Of a stretch of 64,000 nt of DNA, positions 37,752 through 47,276 are shown piece after piece (position 1 is the stretch's first letter; each line of letters opens with the position of its first letter). Source of the DNA: Candidatus Udaeobacter sp. (GTDB lineage: Bacteria; Verrucomicrobiota; Verrucomicrobiia; Chthoniobacterales; UBA10450). A program made the translations under genes and the position numbers. The DNA lies in assembly GCA_035713825.1 (NCBI GenBank), contig DASTMX010000110.1:1010-65009 (forward strand), in the 5' to 3' direction. The notes under the pieces are model-generated. The model did no database searches. It had not been told where the DNA came from and worked only from the letters and a program-made list of their open reading frames with translations.

Positions 37752-39167
37752 ATGGCGGTTAAGACGGAAAAGGAACTAAAAGAGGCGCAGCGTAATCTTT
37801 GGCTTAAAGCAGTGGCCGCCGTTGAGCTGCGCAATCTCGGTTATGCAATCTCGCTGTTGCAGGAAATTCTAAAACAGGAACCGCAATTTTTAACCGGACG
37901 ACAATTGCTCCGGCGTACCGAAGTCACCAAAAACAAGGCAGCAAGGAAAAGTTTTTTCAATATCTCGACCGCGCCGATTGCAGTCATGAAGGCGCAGCGG
38001 GAAATCAAGAAGGATCCGAAACGCGCAATCGAGATGTTGGAAAAAGTTCTGGAAGACGAACCTTACAATCAACAGGCGAACCTAGCCTTGAAAGAAGCAG
38101 CGACAGCAGCAGGCTGGCCAGAGATTGGCGTTTTTGCGCTCCGCACACTACTCGAACAAAACCCGCGTGACGTTAAGGTGCTCCACGAGCTTGGGCGTTT
38201 GTACCGCGAACTGGGAGAGCATGATCAGGAAGTCGACGTTTATAATCAACTCATCGAAATTAATCCACTGGATGCCGAAGCGCTCCGGTTGGGCAAGGAT
38301 GCGGCCGCCCACGCCTCCATAAAGAGCGGTGGATGGACTCAGGCCGAAAGCTACCGGGACTTAATCAAGGACAAAGAAATCGCAATTTCGCTCGAGCAAC
38401 AAAGCCGGATACGGTTAACTGGCGAATCGCTCGACCAACAAATCGCCGAAGCGTTCGCCCTTCATCAGGCCGAACCGGCAAACGTCGACCTTGCGCGACG
38501 CTTGGGTGCATTGAACGAGCAAAAGGAAGACCTCGAGGCAGCGATTGGTTGGTATCAATATGCCGCCGACCTGACCAAGGGTGCGGACGCTGGATTAGTG
38601 CGCAAGACATCCGATTTGAAAATCAAATGCCTTGAGCGCGAGATCGCTGCACATGAGGAATTTCTGGCAACGCACGATGAAGCCCTTGAGTCGCATGCAA
38701 AAAGATCGGAAGAACTGAAGTCCGCCAAAGCAAAGAGGGCGGAAATTGTAATTGCCGACGCTCGTGAACGCGTCGCTCGGAACCCGACCGATCTCCAGCT
38801 TCGGTTTGAATTGGGTGATCATCTCGTCAGCGCCGGCCGTTTTCGCGAGGCGGTACCCGAGTTACAGAGGGCCCGGCACAATCCGCACGCGCGTTTGAAA
38901 GCGATGCACCTGCTCGGGCGCTGCTATGGCGAGCTCGGGATGCTGGACCTCGCGACAAAGCAGTTGGAAGAAGCGGCGAAGGAAATAATTCCAATGGACG
39001 CAATGAAAAAAGAGATCGTTTACAATCTTGCGCTTGTTTACGAGCGGATGGGTGAAAACGAAAAATCACTCGCCTATATGAAAGAGATCTACGAAGTGGA
39101 GCACGGGTACAAGGACGTGGCCACCCGTGTGGAAAGCTCATACCAAAAGAACATTCCGGAGTTCTGA
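37752..39167 (+). CDS. TPR repeat protein
   Basis: 471 aa, all-helical, with repeated 34-aa A/L/Y-rich units (e.g. LHELGRLYRELGEHDQEVDVYNQLIEINP). No catalytic motif. Confidence 0.7.
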   Translation: MAVKTEKELKEAQRNLWLKAVAAVELRNLGYAISLLQEILKQEPQFLTGRQLLRRTEVTKNKAARKSFFNISTAPIAVMKAQREIKKDPKRAIEMLEKVLEDEPYNQQANLALKEAATAAGWPEIGVFALRTLLEQNPRDVKVLHELGRLYRELGEHDQEVDVYNQLIEINPLDAEALRLGKDAAAHASIKSGGWTQAESYRDLIKDKEIAISLEQQSRIRLTGESLDQQIAEAFALHQAEPANVDLARRLGALNEQKEDLEAAIGWYQYAADLTKGADAGLVRKTSDLKIKCLEREIAAHEEFLATHDEALESHAKRSEELKSAKAKRAEIVIADARERVARNPTDLQLRFELGDHLVSAGRFREAVPELQRARHNPHARLKAMHLLGRCYGELGMLDLATKQLEEAAKEIIPMDAMKKEIVYNLALVYERMGENEKSLAYMKEIYEVEHGYKDVATRVESSYQKNIPEF

Positions 39168-39289
39168 CGGAGTCTAGTCCGGAGCATTCGCCCGCAAATC
39201 AAGGGGCGATTCTTCTGCATCCAAAGGAGGCGCCGTTTTCGATTCGTAATTGGCTGCAAAATTTCAGCGGCTTCAATCGGAGAAAAATC

Positions 39290-39811
39290 ATGAAAAACAA
39301 AGTTACCCTTATTCCACAGTTTTGGCTCGCAGCTCTCGCTTTCGCAATGCTCGGTCTGGTCGGGACGGCCGTCGCCCAGGATACAGCGGCCTCAGGCAGC
39401 AAAAGTTCGTCACTTAGCACGACGGACAAGACTTTCATGAAGAAAGCTGCCAAGGGCGGAGCAATGGAAGTGGCCATGGGAAAGATCGCCGAGCAAAATG
39501 GTCAGAGCGACGATGTGAAATCGTTCGGTAAGCGAATGGTCACAGATCATAGCAAAGCCAACGACGAATTAAAATCGATCGCTGAGAAAAAAAATGTGAC
39601 GCTGCCAAGCAAAGAGCCGACCGTTAAGTGGAACTCGGATAAGGCCTACATCGATATGATGGTCAAGGACCACGAAAAGGATCTGGCCGAATTTCAAGAT
39701 GAAGCAAAGAATGGGAGTGATCCGGACGTGAAAAAGTTTGCGGACGATACCGCCAAGGTCATTCAAGAGCACCTTGATCTGGCCAAAGAGACTCAGGGCA
39801 AACTAAAGTAA
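39290..39811 (+). CDS. secreted DUF4142 domain protein
   Basis: Signal peptide, then the duplicated helical motif DKTFMKKAAKGGAMEVAMGKIA...HSKANDELK / ...DHEKDLAEF typical of DUF4142. Confidence 0.7.
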   Translation: MKNKVTLIPQFWLAALAFAMLGLVGTAVAQDTAASGSKSSSLSTTDKTFMKKAAKGGAMEVAMGKIAEQNGQSDDVKSFGKRMVTDHSKANDELKSIAEKKNVTLPSKEPTVKWNSDKAYIDMMVKDHEKDLAEFQDEAKNGSDPDVKKFADDTAKVIQEHLDLAKETQGKLK

Positions 39812-39831
39812 ACAAATACGCTCACTGCGCG

Positions 39832-39866
39832 ATGCGGCACGCCCTTCAAGGTGTGCCGCATTTTTG
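39832..39866 (+). terminator. rho-independent terminator after the DUF4142 gene
   Basis: ATGCGGCAC (39832-39840) pairs with GTGCCGCAT (39853-39861) around a 12-nt loop and is followed by TTTTTG. Confidence 0.8.
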
Positions 39867-39949
39867 TTGGGGAGACTTTACCGGGTTGTACGAGGCGCTT
39901 GCTCAAAAGCGTCTTGGCTTTTGCAACTGAAGATTCAATCCTTCGGTTG

Positions 39950-41353
39950 ATGCGCAAGACCAAGATCATTTGTACGATCGGTCCGGCTACGGAAAAGACC
40001 GAGATGCTGCGTAAGCTCATTGAAAAAGGCGGCGACGTCTTTCGATTGAACATGAGCCACGCCAGCCATGATTGGGTCCGCGATATCGTCCCTCGAATTC
40101 GAATGCTGGCTCAAAGGGCGGGGCGACCAGTTGCAGTTCTGCTCGATACGCAGGGCCCAGCCATTCGGACCGGAGATCTTAAAACACCTTTACGTTTGGA
40201 AACAGGTGATATTCTCGAGCTCACCTTGCAGGGGGCGAAGAGAAAAGAGTCCTGCTCCGTAGGCGTAAACTATCGCGGGTTTGTCGATGACGTGACGGTC
40301 GGGGACACCATTTTGGTTGATAATGGCTTGATCAAATTGCAGGTGCTCGACAAGGGAAAGGATCGCGTGCGTTGCAAGGTGCTGACGCGAGCATTGCTTG
40401 GTTCGCGACGGCACATCAATCTCCCCGGAATCCGCGTAAATCTTCCTTCGCTTACGGCGAAGGACCGGGAAGACATTTCCGTTGGAGTTGAAGTGGGCGC
40501 CGACTTTATCGGATTGAGTTTCGTGCGCGAAAAAAGCGATATCCAAGATCTGCGAAAGCTTTTGTCGCGGAAGAAGAGCAGTGCACAAATCGTGGCAAAG
40601 ATTGAGGATCAACTGGCGGTGCGATCAATCGACAAGATCATTGAAAGTGCGGATGCCGTCATGGTCGCGCGCGGCGATTTGGGAATCGAATGTCCGATGG
40701 AGGATTTACCCATCATTCAAAGGCGCATTGTGAAAGACTGTCTTCGCCTCGGCAAGCCGGTCATCGTCGCGACCCAATTGTTAGAATCGATGATTAACAA
40801 TCCTTTGCCCACTCGCGCTGAGATCACCGACGTTGCGAATGCAGTTTTCGAAGAGGCCGATGCCTTAATGCTGAGCGGCGAAACGACAATCGGCCAATAT
40901 CCGATTGAATGCGTCGAAGTTTTGCGGCGAGTGGCTGTGCGGATCGAGCGCAGCGGCGGCGCAGGTTATGCAAAGGACGCGCTCCTGGAAAACGTTCGAC
41001 AGAAAACGGTTGCTTCCGCCGTCGCGCTGGCGGACTCCCTGCAAGATTCAAAACTTGTTGTTTTTACCTTGCACGGACGGATGGCGAGATACGCTTCAAA
41101 CCTGAGACCGAGACGCGCACCGATTTTTGCCTTCACTCCAAGCAACGAAGTTTATCGGCAACTCGCACTTTATTGGGGCGTCTTCCCTGTCCGCATGGAT
41201 TTCAGCAGCGATCCACACAGAACAATCGCGGAAGCCGAAAAGTTCTTGCGAAAGAATAAATTAGCTGCGCCAGAAAATCGCATGGTGATTGTCACTGACG
41301 TTCGCATGGGCCGCGAGCTAGTCGATTCAATTCAGTTGCGTACCATGACATAG
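39950..41353 (+). CDS. pyk: pyruvate kinase
   Basis: MRKTKIICTIGPAT, FRLNMSHA, KIEDQLAV, MVARGDLGIE and LSGETTIGQYP. The track ORF start (39851) lies inside the upstream terminator, so ATG 39950 is used. Confidence 0.94.
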   Translation: MRKTKIICTIGPATEKTEMLRKLIEKGGDVFRLNMSHASHDWVRDIVPRIRMLAQRAGRPVAVLLDTQGPAIRTGDLKTPLRLETGDILELTLQGAKRKESCSVGVNYRGFVDDVTVGDTILVDNGLIKLQVLDKGKDRVRCKVLTRALLGSRRHINLPGIRVNLPSLTAKDREDISVGVEVGADFIGLSFVREKSDIQDLRKLLSRKKSSAQIVAKIEDQLAVRSIDKIIESADAVMVARGDLGIECPMEDLPIIQRRIVKDCLRLGKPVIVATQLLESMINNPLPTRAEITDVANAVFEEADALMLSGETTIGQYPIECVEVLRRVAVRIERSGGAGYAKDALLENVRQKTVASAVALADSLQDSKLVVFTLHGRMARYASNLRPRRAPIFAFTPSNEVYRQLALYWGVFPVRMDFSSDPHRTIAEAEKFLRKNKLAAPENRMVIVTDVRMGRELVDSIQLRTMT

Positions 41354-41364
41354 CCGCGGTGCAA

Positions 41365-41399
41365 GTAAAACGCGCCGGACTTCGAGTCCGCGCGTTTAC
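41365..41399. terminator. bidirectional GC-rich hairpin between convergent pyk and sigma factor genes
   Basis: GTAAAACGCGCCGGAC / GTCCGCGCGTTTAC arms around a TTCGA loop. On the minus strand the stem ends in a TTTT run. Confidence 0.6.
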
Positions 41400-41421
41400 G
41401 AGACGGTACTGATTTTCGGCC

Positions 41422-42291
41422 TCAGGCTTCCACTGGTAACTCGACGTCGACCGGGCGCTCCTTTTTACTCAGCGCTCGACGCAGCTTCGAAAGTGCAATG
41501 TTTTGCAACTGACGGATGCGTTCGCGAGTAACGCCAAATTTTTTGCCCACCTCTTCGAGCGTTTTCGGCTTGCCGCCATCGAGACCGAAACGCTGGAAAA
41601 TGATTTTCTTCTCGCGATCATCGAGCACGTCGAGCAAACCACCCACCTCGTTGCGCAGATTTTTGTCCCGCAGCAATTCAAACGGCGTTTGCGCATCCTC
41701 GTCGCCGACGATCTCACCGAACTCGGTGGAATCATCATCGCTAATAGGCGCGTCGAGCGATGCTGGACGGATCGACACAGTCTTAAGCTGAGATACTTTT
41801 CCGCTGGCGATTCCAATCTCGTCGCCTAGCTCTTCGTCCGTGGGTTCGCGACCGAGCTCCTCGCTCATTTGCAGCGAAACGCGGCGCATCTTGGAGATCT
41901 TGTCCACAAGGTGCACGGGCAGACGAATCGTCTTACTCTGGTTCGCCAATGCCCGTTTGATCGACTGTTTGATCCACCAGGCAGCGTAAGTGCTAAGTTT
42001 CCCGCCTTTGGCCGGATCGAAACGTTCCACCGCCTTCATCAAACCAATATTTCCCTCTGAAATCAGGTCGAGAAGTGGCAGCCCAAGATTGGCATAGTCA
42101 TGCGCAATCTTGACGACCAGGCGTAAATTGGAGCGAATCATCAAGGCCCGCGCCTCGCGATCGCCCTTCTTAATCTTGGCGGCCAGCTCGATCTCCTGCT
42201 CGGGAGTCAAAAGCGGGATTTGCCCGATCTCGCGCAGGTAAATCTTAATTCCGGTATCGCTATCCTCAGCAGCCATATAACTCTTTTTCAT
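41422..42291 (-). CDS. rpoD: RNA polymerase sigma-70 family factor, RpoD-like (289 aa; regions 1.2-4.2, no region 1.1 or NCR)
   Basis: YLREIGQIPLLT (1.2), NLRLVVKIAHDY / EGNIGLMKAVERFD / KLSTYAAWWIKQSI (2.1-2.4), TIRLPVHLVDKISK (3.0), and TLEEVGKKFGVTRERIRQLQNIAL (4.2). Confidence 0.88.
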   Translation of the reverse strand: MKKSYMAAEDSDTGIKIYLREIGQIPLLTPEQEIELAAKIKKGDREARALMIRSNLRLVVKIAHDYANLGLPLLDLISEGNIGLMKAVERFDPAKGGKLSTYAAWWIKQSIKRALANQSKTIRLPVHLVDKISKMRRVSLQMSEELGREPTDEELGDEIGIASGKVSQLKTVSIRPASLDAPISDDDSTEFGEIVGDEDAQTPFELLRDKNLRNEVGGLLDVLDDREKKIIFQRFGLDGGKPKTLEEVGKKFGVTRERIRQLQNIALSKLRRALSKKERPVDVELPVEA

Positions 42292-42590
42292 TAATCATTT
42301 GGGGGGATTGACTGACACTGCCTTGTACGTACTTATCGCGGCAGGCTTATCGATCACGCGTTGTAGCATCCTAGGAAGTATTTAACAAGGTTAAATATTC
42401 TGAGTAATGACAATGCTCTGATGTTTCCTGTTCAATCTTTTTACCACATCGTTTGGCTCTCGTTTGGAGGTATTTACTCAAGGTTCACCCCTAACTATTC
42501 TACGAGATATTTCGGCCCAGGATACATCCCACTTTCGAGGGATATTTGACACTTTTCGGCGCGGCAAATTTTTGCGAATCTGCAACGGCG

Positions 42591-44126
42591 ATGCTTGCAA
42601 AGATTTACTCCGCCGCAGTCTATGGTGTGGACGCCTACGAGGTCGAAATCGAGGTCAACGGGGCTGGCGGTGACCCGAACATTGTGATCGTTGGGCTGCC
42701 CGATGCTGCTGTGAAGGAAAGCCGTGATCGTGTTACCACCGCCATTGCCAACAGCGGTTATTATTGGCCGCGAGGACGTACGACAATTAACCTTGCCCCG
42801 GCTGATATCAAAAAAGAAGGACCCAGCTTTGATCTTCCCATCGCACTGGGAATGATCGCCGTCACAGAAGGACTGGACACGTCCCCGTTCGAGAACTTCA
42901 GCTTCGTAGGAGAGTTAGCCTTGGACGGCTCCGTACGAGCCGTAAAAGGCGTTTTGCCGGTTGCATTGGAGGCGCGGCGTCAAGGGAAGCGTGCCTTATT
43001 CGTTCCCGAAGCAAATGCCCTGGAAGCGGCCATGGTCGACAGAATCGATATCTACGGTATCCAAAATTTGCGGCAAACAGTAGGATTTCTGCGCGGGGAA
43101 ACTCCGCTTCTTCCGACACGCGCTGATTTAACCGGGTTCTTCGTCGGCCACCAAAGTTATGATGTCGACTTCGCTGATGTAAAAGGTCAGCGACATGTCA
43201 AACGATCCATTGAAGTCGCAGTGGCCGGTGGGCACAACATCCTGATGGTGGGGCCGCCCGGCTCGGGAAAATCGATGTTAGCCAAACGCATTCCTACGAT
43301 CATTCCGCCCCTCTCGCTGGAGGAAGCGATCGAGACGACTAAGATCCACAGCATCGCCGGGTTGCTCGATACCGAAAAATCCTTCGTTTCCACGCGACCA
43401 TTTCGCCCCCCTCATCACACAATCAGCGACATTGGATTGCTTGGCGGCGGGGCATTCCCCAATCCCGGCGAGGTCAGTCTCGCCCATAACGGAGTCCTTT
43501 TCCTCGATGAGTTGCCTGAATTCAAGAGATCGGCATTGGAAGTAATGCGCCAGCCAGTCGAGGACGGAAAAGTTACAGTGTCTCGCGCTGCGGGCAGCGT
43601 CACTTTCCCTTCGGAATTCATGCTTGTCGCCGCTATGAATCCATGCCCATGCGGCTACTTCGGCGATCTGAAGCGCGAATGCCGTTGCGGTCCGGCACAA
43701 GTGCAGCGCTATCGGCAGCGTGTTTCCGGTCCGTTGTTAGATCGCATCGATTTGCACATTGACGTGCCGGCGGTGGAGTATCGGGATATCGCCAGCGAAC
43801 GGCCCGAAGAAGCATCTGCCACGATCCGCGATCGTGTTGGTCGCGCACGCCATCGACAGCAGGAACGTTTTCGCGGCGACGCAAAAGTGAACAGTAACGC
43901 CAGAATGACTACGCGCCACCTGAAGCAGTACTGCAAACTTAATCAGGATTCGCAGGAATTGATTCGGGTGGCAATGAACGAATTGAATCTAAGCGCTCGC
44001 GCCTACGATCGAATCCTGAAAGTGTCGCGCACGATCGCCGATCTCGATGGCGAGATTGAAATCTCACCCGAACACGTAAGCGAAGCGATTCAATATCGCA
44101 CATTTGATCGTACGTTGTGGGTTTAG
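42591..44126 (+). CDS. comM: YifB/ComM family Mg-chelatase-like ATPase
   Basis: [17 protein letters not shown]-terminal Lon-S16-like domain. AAA+ domain with [13 protein letters not shown] and FLDELPEF. C-terminal [18 protein letters not shown]. Confidence 0.9.
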   Translation: MLAKIYSAAVYGVDAYEVEIEVNGAGGDPNIVIVGLPDAAVKESRDRVTTAIANSGYYWPRGRTTINLAPADIKKEGPSFDLPIALGMIAVTEGLDTSPFENFSFVGELALDGSVRAVKGVLPVALEARRQGKRALFVPEANALEAAMVDRIDIYGIQNLRQTVGFLRGETPLLPTRADLTGFFVGHQSYDVDFADVKGQRHVKRSIEVAVAGGHNILMVGPPGSGKSMLAKRIPTIIPPLSLEEAIETTKIHSIAGLLDTEKSFVSTRPFRPPHHTISDIGLLGGGAFPNPGEVSLAHNGVLFLDELPEFKRSALEVMRQPVEDGKVTVSRAAGSVTFPSEFMLVAAMNPCPCGYFGDLKRECRCGPAQVQRYRQRVSGPLLDRIDLHIDVPAVEYRDIASERPEEASATIRDRVGRARHRQQERFRGDAKVNSNARMTTRHLKQYCKLNQDSQELIRVAMNELNLSARAYDRILKVSRTIADLDGEIEISPEHVSEAIQYRTFDRTLWV

Positions 44127-44144
44127 CGTTCGCTGCCGACCTAT

Positions 44145-45038
44145 ATGTCTGCTAGTGATCGGATTCGGTGGCTCCTCCAAGGACTGCGGAATAGTACATT
44201 CAATCCGTCAAGAACGTTCGGCTTCGGTCATCTGCAATTACCTTTAATTCGAACAGTTCTCTTCCCGAAACTTGTTATCGTGCTGCTTTTCTGTGTTGCA
44301 GGGTGTGGCCGAGACAATGGCGTCGTGCTGGAGGAGACCTTCGAACACGTCTACTCCATCCAGCCGAACGCGGACATAAGTATTCAAAACCATGACGGTT
44401 CCGTGCTGGTTTACGGTTCAAACACTAACGAAGTGCAAGTCCATGCGACGAAAAAAGCCTACCATCGCGCGCGGCTGCAAGAGATCGCAGTTAATGTCTC
44501 TGTGCAGCCATCCTCTGCTTCCATCAGAGTCACGTTCCCTCCCAAACCGACTTGGGCTTTTTTTGACCAGTCGGGCACGGTTGACTGCACGGTCGTGATT
44601 CCTGCATCGGGCAATCTTTCGACAGTACGACTGGATGCGGGAGAAGTTTTTTTGGACGGAATACGCGGCCAAAGTGTGCATGCCTGGCTGGGCGATGGTC
44701 GCATCTTTGCCCACAATTGCTTTTCCGACGTCAATCTTGCGCTGCGGCGCGGCAACCTCTCCATCTCCTACGATTGGTGGGAAACCAGAAGATTTTCAGT
44801 CCAGGCCAACATCGCGCGCGGAAATACCTGGGCATTTCTTCCGACGAATGCTGCCTTCCACCTCTTTGCCGAGACGGCATACGGAAAAATTGGTAACGAC
44901 TTTGACGATCCTCCCATCGCGAGACCGACATTCGCGAAAGCGGCGAAAATCGACATGTTAGTGCATGGAGGGGGAAGCGCCGCAATCAAGGTGCTAACAA
45001 CAAATGGCGACATCAGAATCGTAGAGGCAAATCCTTAG
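44145..45038 (+). CDS. putative lipoprotein with beta-strand repeats (DUF4097-like)
   Basis: Lipobox-like LLFCVAGCG after a long N-region. The remainder is repetitive short-strand units ending in TTNGDIRIVE. The family call is from memory. Confidence 0.5.
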   Translation: MSASDRIRWLLQGLRNSTFNPSRTFGFGHLQLPLIRTVLFPKLVIVLLFCVAGCGRDNGVVLEETFEHVYSIQPNADISIQNHDGSVLVYGSNTNEVQVHATKKAYHRARLQEIAVNVSVQPSSASIRVTFPPKPTWAFFDQSGTVDCTVVIPASGNLSTVRLDAGEVFLDGIRGQSVHAWLGDGRIFAHNCFSDVNLALRRGNLSISYDWWETRRFSVQANIARGNTWAFLPTNAAFHLFAETAYGKIGNDFDDPPIARPTFAKAAKIDMLVHGGGSAAIKVLTTNGDIRIVEANP

Positions 45039-45101
45039 CTAAAATAATTCTTTTCCAATACATTCGACTTTGCTGGATTTGAAATCTGAAATTAAGAAGC
45101 C

Positions 45102-45587
45102 ATGCCTTCATTCGATATTGTCTCTGAAGTGGATATGCAGGAGCTTGATAATGCGATCAATCAGGCCCGGAAAGAATTGACGACTCGTTTCGATTTTAAA
45201 GACATAACAACCGAGATACTTCCCGAAAAGGACAAAATCACGCTCACCGCCCAGGACGCTTCTTATCTGCGGGGACTGCGCGAAATTCTAATAGGGAAAC
45301 TTTCAAAGCGGGGAGTGGATTTGCGGAACATCGAACAAGGCGAGCCCGCAATCTCCTCCGTCGGGCACGCTCGACAGGAATTAAAGATTCAACAGGGCCT
45401 TGAAGGAAACAAGGCGAAGGAAATTATCCAGGCAATCAAGGCCCAGGGGTTCAAGGTGCAAAGCCAATTACAGGATCGGCAGATTCGAGTCACTGGAAAG
45501 AAGAAGGATGAGTTGCAGGCAGTGATCCAATTTATTCGCAACCGCGACTTCGGCGTGGCAACAAATTTCAAAAATTTCCGAGACTAA
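45102..45587 (+). CDS. yajQ: YajQ family nucleotide/cyclic-di-GMP-binding protein (UPF0234)
   Basis: MPSFDIVSEVDMQELDNAINQARKELTTRFDFK is a near-canonical YajQ N-terminus. 161 aa. Confidence 0.9.
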   Translation: MPSFDIVSEVDMQELDNAINQARKELTTRFDFKDITTEILPEKDKITLTAQDASYLRGLREILIGKLSKRGVDLRNIEQGEPAISSVGHARQELKIQQGLEGNKAKEIIQAIKAQGFKVQSQLQDRQIRVTGKKKDELQAVIQFIRNRDFGVATNFKNFRD

Positions 45588-45629
45588 CGACAACCAACAG
45601 CGTCAATCGACGCGAATGCGTCTGTTCTT

Positions 45630-45658
45630 GTCATTGCGGGCGAAGTCGAGAAATCTTC
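45630..45658 (+). repeat. single copy of the ~29-nt dispersed intergenic repeat
   Basis: GTCATTGCGGGCGAAGTCGAGAAATCTTC aligns with the copies at 13944, 14006 (rc), 46686 and 46746 (rc). It lies between the convergent yajQ and moaD-like genes. Confidence 0.6.
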
Positions 45659-45680
45659 CCGCTCCAGGATCAAGGGATCA

Positions 45681-45926
45681 TTAACCACCTTGCACTGGGG
45701 GCATAATTGAAATCTCCTCGCCCGGCTTGAGTTTATAGTTTCGGTCTACAAATTCCACGCCCGCGCCAATCAGCATGCTTTTGTCATGTGAGCGAAGCTT
45801 CGGTTGTTGCGTGTAGATTTCATCGAGCAGGTCGCGGATAGTCGGCCCCTCCGCGAGATCGACGTCAATCTCGCGCTTTCCGACGAGATCACGCAGTTGT
45901 GCATAAAACTGTACTCGCACTCTCAT
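45681..45926 (-). CDS. MoaD/ThiS family sulfur-carrier (ubiquitin-like) protein
   Basis: 81 aa, beta-grasp-like, ending in PPVQGG (C-terminal Gly-Gly). The N-terminal MRVRVQFYAQLRDLVG is typical of MoaD. Confidence 0.7.
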   Translation of the reverse strand: MRVRVQFYAQLRDLVGKREIDVDLAEGPTIRDLLDEIYTQQPKLRSHDKSMLIGAGVEFVDRNYKLKPGEEISIMPPVQGG

Positions 45927-46035
45927 TTTTATATCATTCCGAGCTAATCGAGGATTTTCTGGACAAGCTTACAGGCAAATTCGCGGCCTGTCTCACCGAA
46001 GCTGTATTGGGCGAAGCCGAAGAATCGGCATGGGA

Positions 46036-46617
46036 TTAGCCCTGCTTCAGCAATTCTTTTCGCAGCACACCTATATAGGGCAGGTTGCGATAACGCTCCC
46101 TGAAATCGAGTCCGTAACCGACCACAAATTCGTCTTCGACTTCAAATCCAACATAATTCGGATCGACTTTTCGGCTACGTTTTTTCTTTTTGCTCAGCAG
46201 CACGCATATCTGGATGCTACGAGGCTTCATTGCTTCCAACGCTTCGCGGACCGCGGCGAGCGTGTGACCGCTGTCCAGAATATCATCAACAATCAAAATA
46301 TCTCGACCCGCGACATCCGGCAGAGGGACCTGTCCGGCCACCGTAGAGGGGGATGACCTCGCCATGGGGAGCTTGAAAATGACGTTGCCGCTGGTTTGCG
46401 CTTTCCCATGATAACTGGCTACGCTCAGACACTCCAGTTTTAGGGCCAGTGGGACTCGACGAAGCAGATCGGCAACGAACATTAAGCTCCCGTGCAAGAC
46501 TGCGACCACGGTCAATTCGCAGTCGCGATAGTGCTCTGAAATTTGCGCGGCCATATCATCCAAGCGTCGGTGGATCGCCGGTTCATCGAACAATACGCGC
46601 TCCAGATCGCCTCTCAT
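46036..46617 (-). CDS. hpt: hypoxanthine phosphoribosyltransferase
   Basis: PRPP-binding loop GRDILIVDDILDSGHTL, VAVLHGSLMFVADL and DEFVVGYGLDFRERYRNLPYIG align with E. coli Hpt. Confidence 0.9.
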   Translation of the reverse strand: MRGDLERVLFDEPAIHRRLDDMAAQISEHYRDCELTVVAVLHGSLMFVADLLRRVPLALKLECLSVASYHGKAQTSGNVIFKLPMARSSPSTVAGQVPLPDVAGRDILIVDDILDSGHTLAAVREALEAMKPRSIQICVLLSKKKKRSRKVDPNYVGFEVEDEFVVGYGLDFRERYRNLPYIGVLRKELLKQG

Positions 46618-46685
46618 AAGGATTATTACGCACCAGCTGATACAGAGATCAATGCACGAGACGTGTCAGCCGTTCCGGCGCGTTT

Positions 46686-46774
46686 GTCATTCCGACCGAA
46701 ATGGAGGAATCTCTGGATTGTCTGATTGAGCGCGTTCCGTTTATTAGAGATGCCTCGACTCTGCTCGACACGAC
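46686..46774. repeat. inverted pair of the ~29-nt dispersed repeat (REP/MITE-like palindromic unit)
   Basis: GTCATTCCGACCGAAATGGAGGAATCTCT (46686-46714) and the reverse complement of 46746-46774 (GTCGTGTCGAGCAGAGTCGAGGCATCTCT), separated by 31 nt. Located in the hpt-yjbQ intergenic region. Confidence 0.65.
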
Positions 46775-46794
46775 AAAATTGAAGCCGGCCAGTA

Positions 46795-47214
46795 ATGACT
46801 ATCTGCCACGATCAAGTCGACGTTTCTACCAATGGCAAGGGGCTGTACGAAATCACGGACGAAGTGCAGTCAAAAATCGGCAAATGCGGAGTACAAGATG
46901 GCATAGCAACCGTTTTCGTCCGGCATACCAGTTGCAGCGTCGTCATCATGGAAAATGCCGATCCCTCAGCGCGTCGGGACCTGGAAGAATTCTTCGATCG
47001 ATTGGTACCAGAGAACGCTGATTACTTCGAGCACAGCTCCGAAGGCAGCGACGACATGCCATCGCACATTCGCATGGTGCTGACCCGTACCAGCGAGACG
47101 GTGCCCATCGTCGACGGCGAAATGCAGCTAGGAACCTGGCAGGGTATTTTCCTTTTCGAGCATCGCCGCGCTCACCACCGGAGAAAGGTGCTGGTCAGCG
47201 TCGTCGGCAAATAA
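46795..47214 (+). CDS. yjbQ: YjbQ family protein (UPF0047, secondary thiamine-phosphate synthase-like)
   Basis: 139 aa. GLYEITDEV, VFVRHTSCSVVIMENADP, DMPSHIR and GTWQGIFLFEHR are the conserved YjbQ blocks. Confidence 0.85.
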   Translation: MTICHDQVDVSTNGKGLYEITDEVQSKIGKCGVQDGIATVFVRHTSCSVVIMENADPSARRDLEEFFDRLVPENADYFEHSSEGSDDMPSHIRMVLTRTSETVPIVDGEMQLGTWQGIFLFEHRRAHHRRKVLVSVVGK

Positions 47215-47276
47215 GTTTGAATGCCGCGACCGCCAGACCGCCTGCCATGACGGACCGCTCGCGCAGTAGCAGGTTT

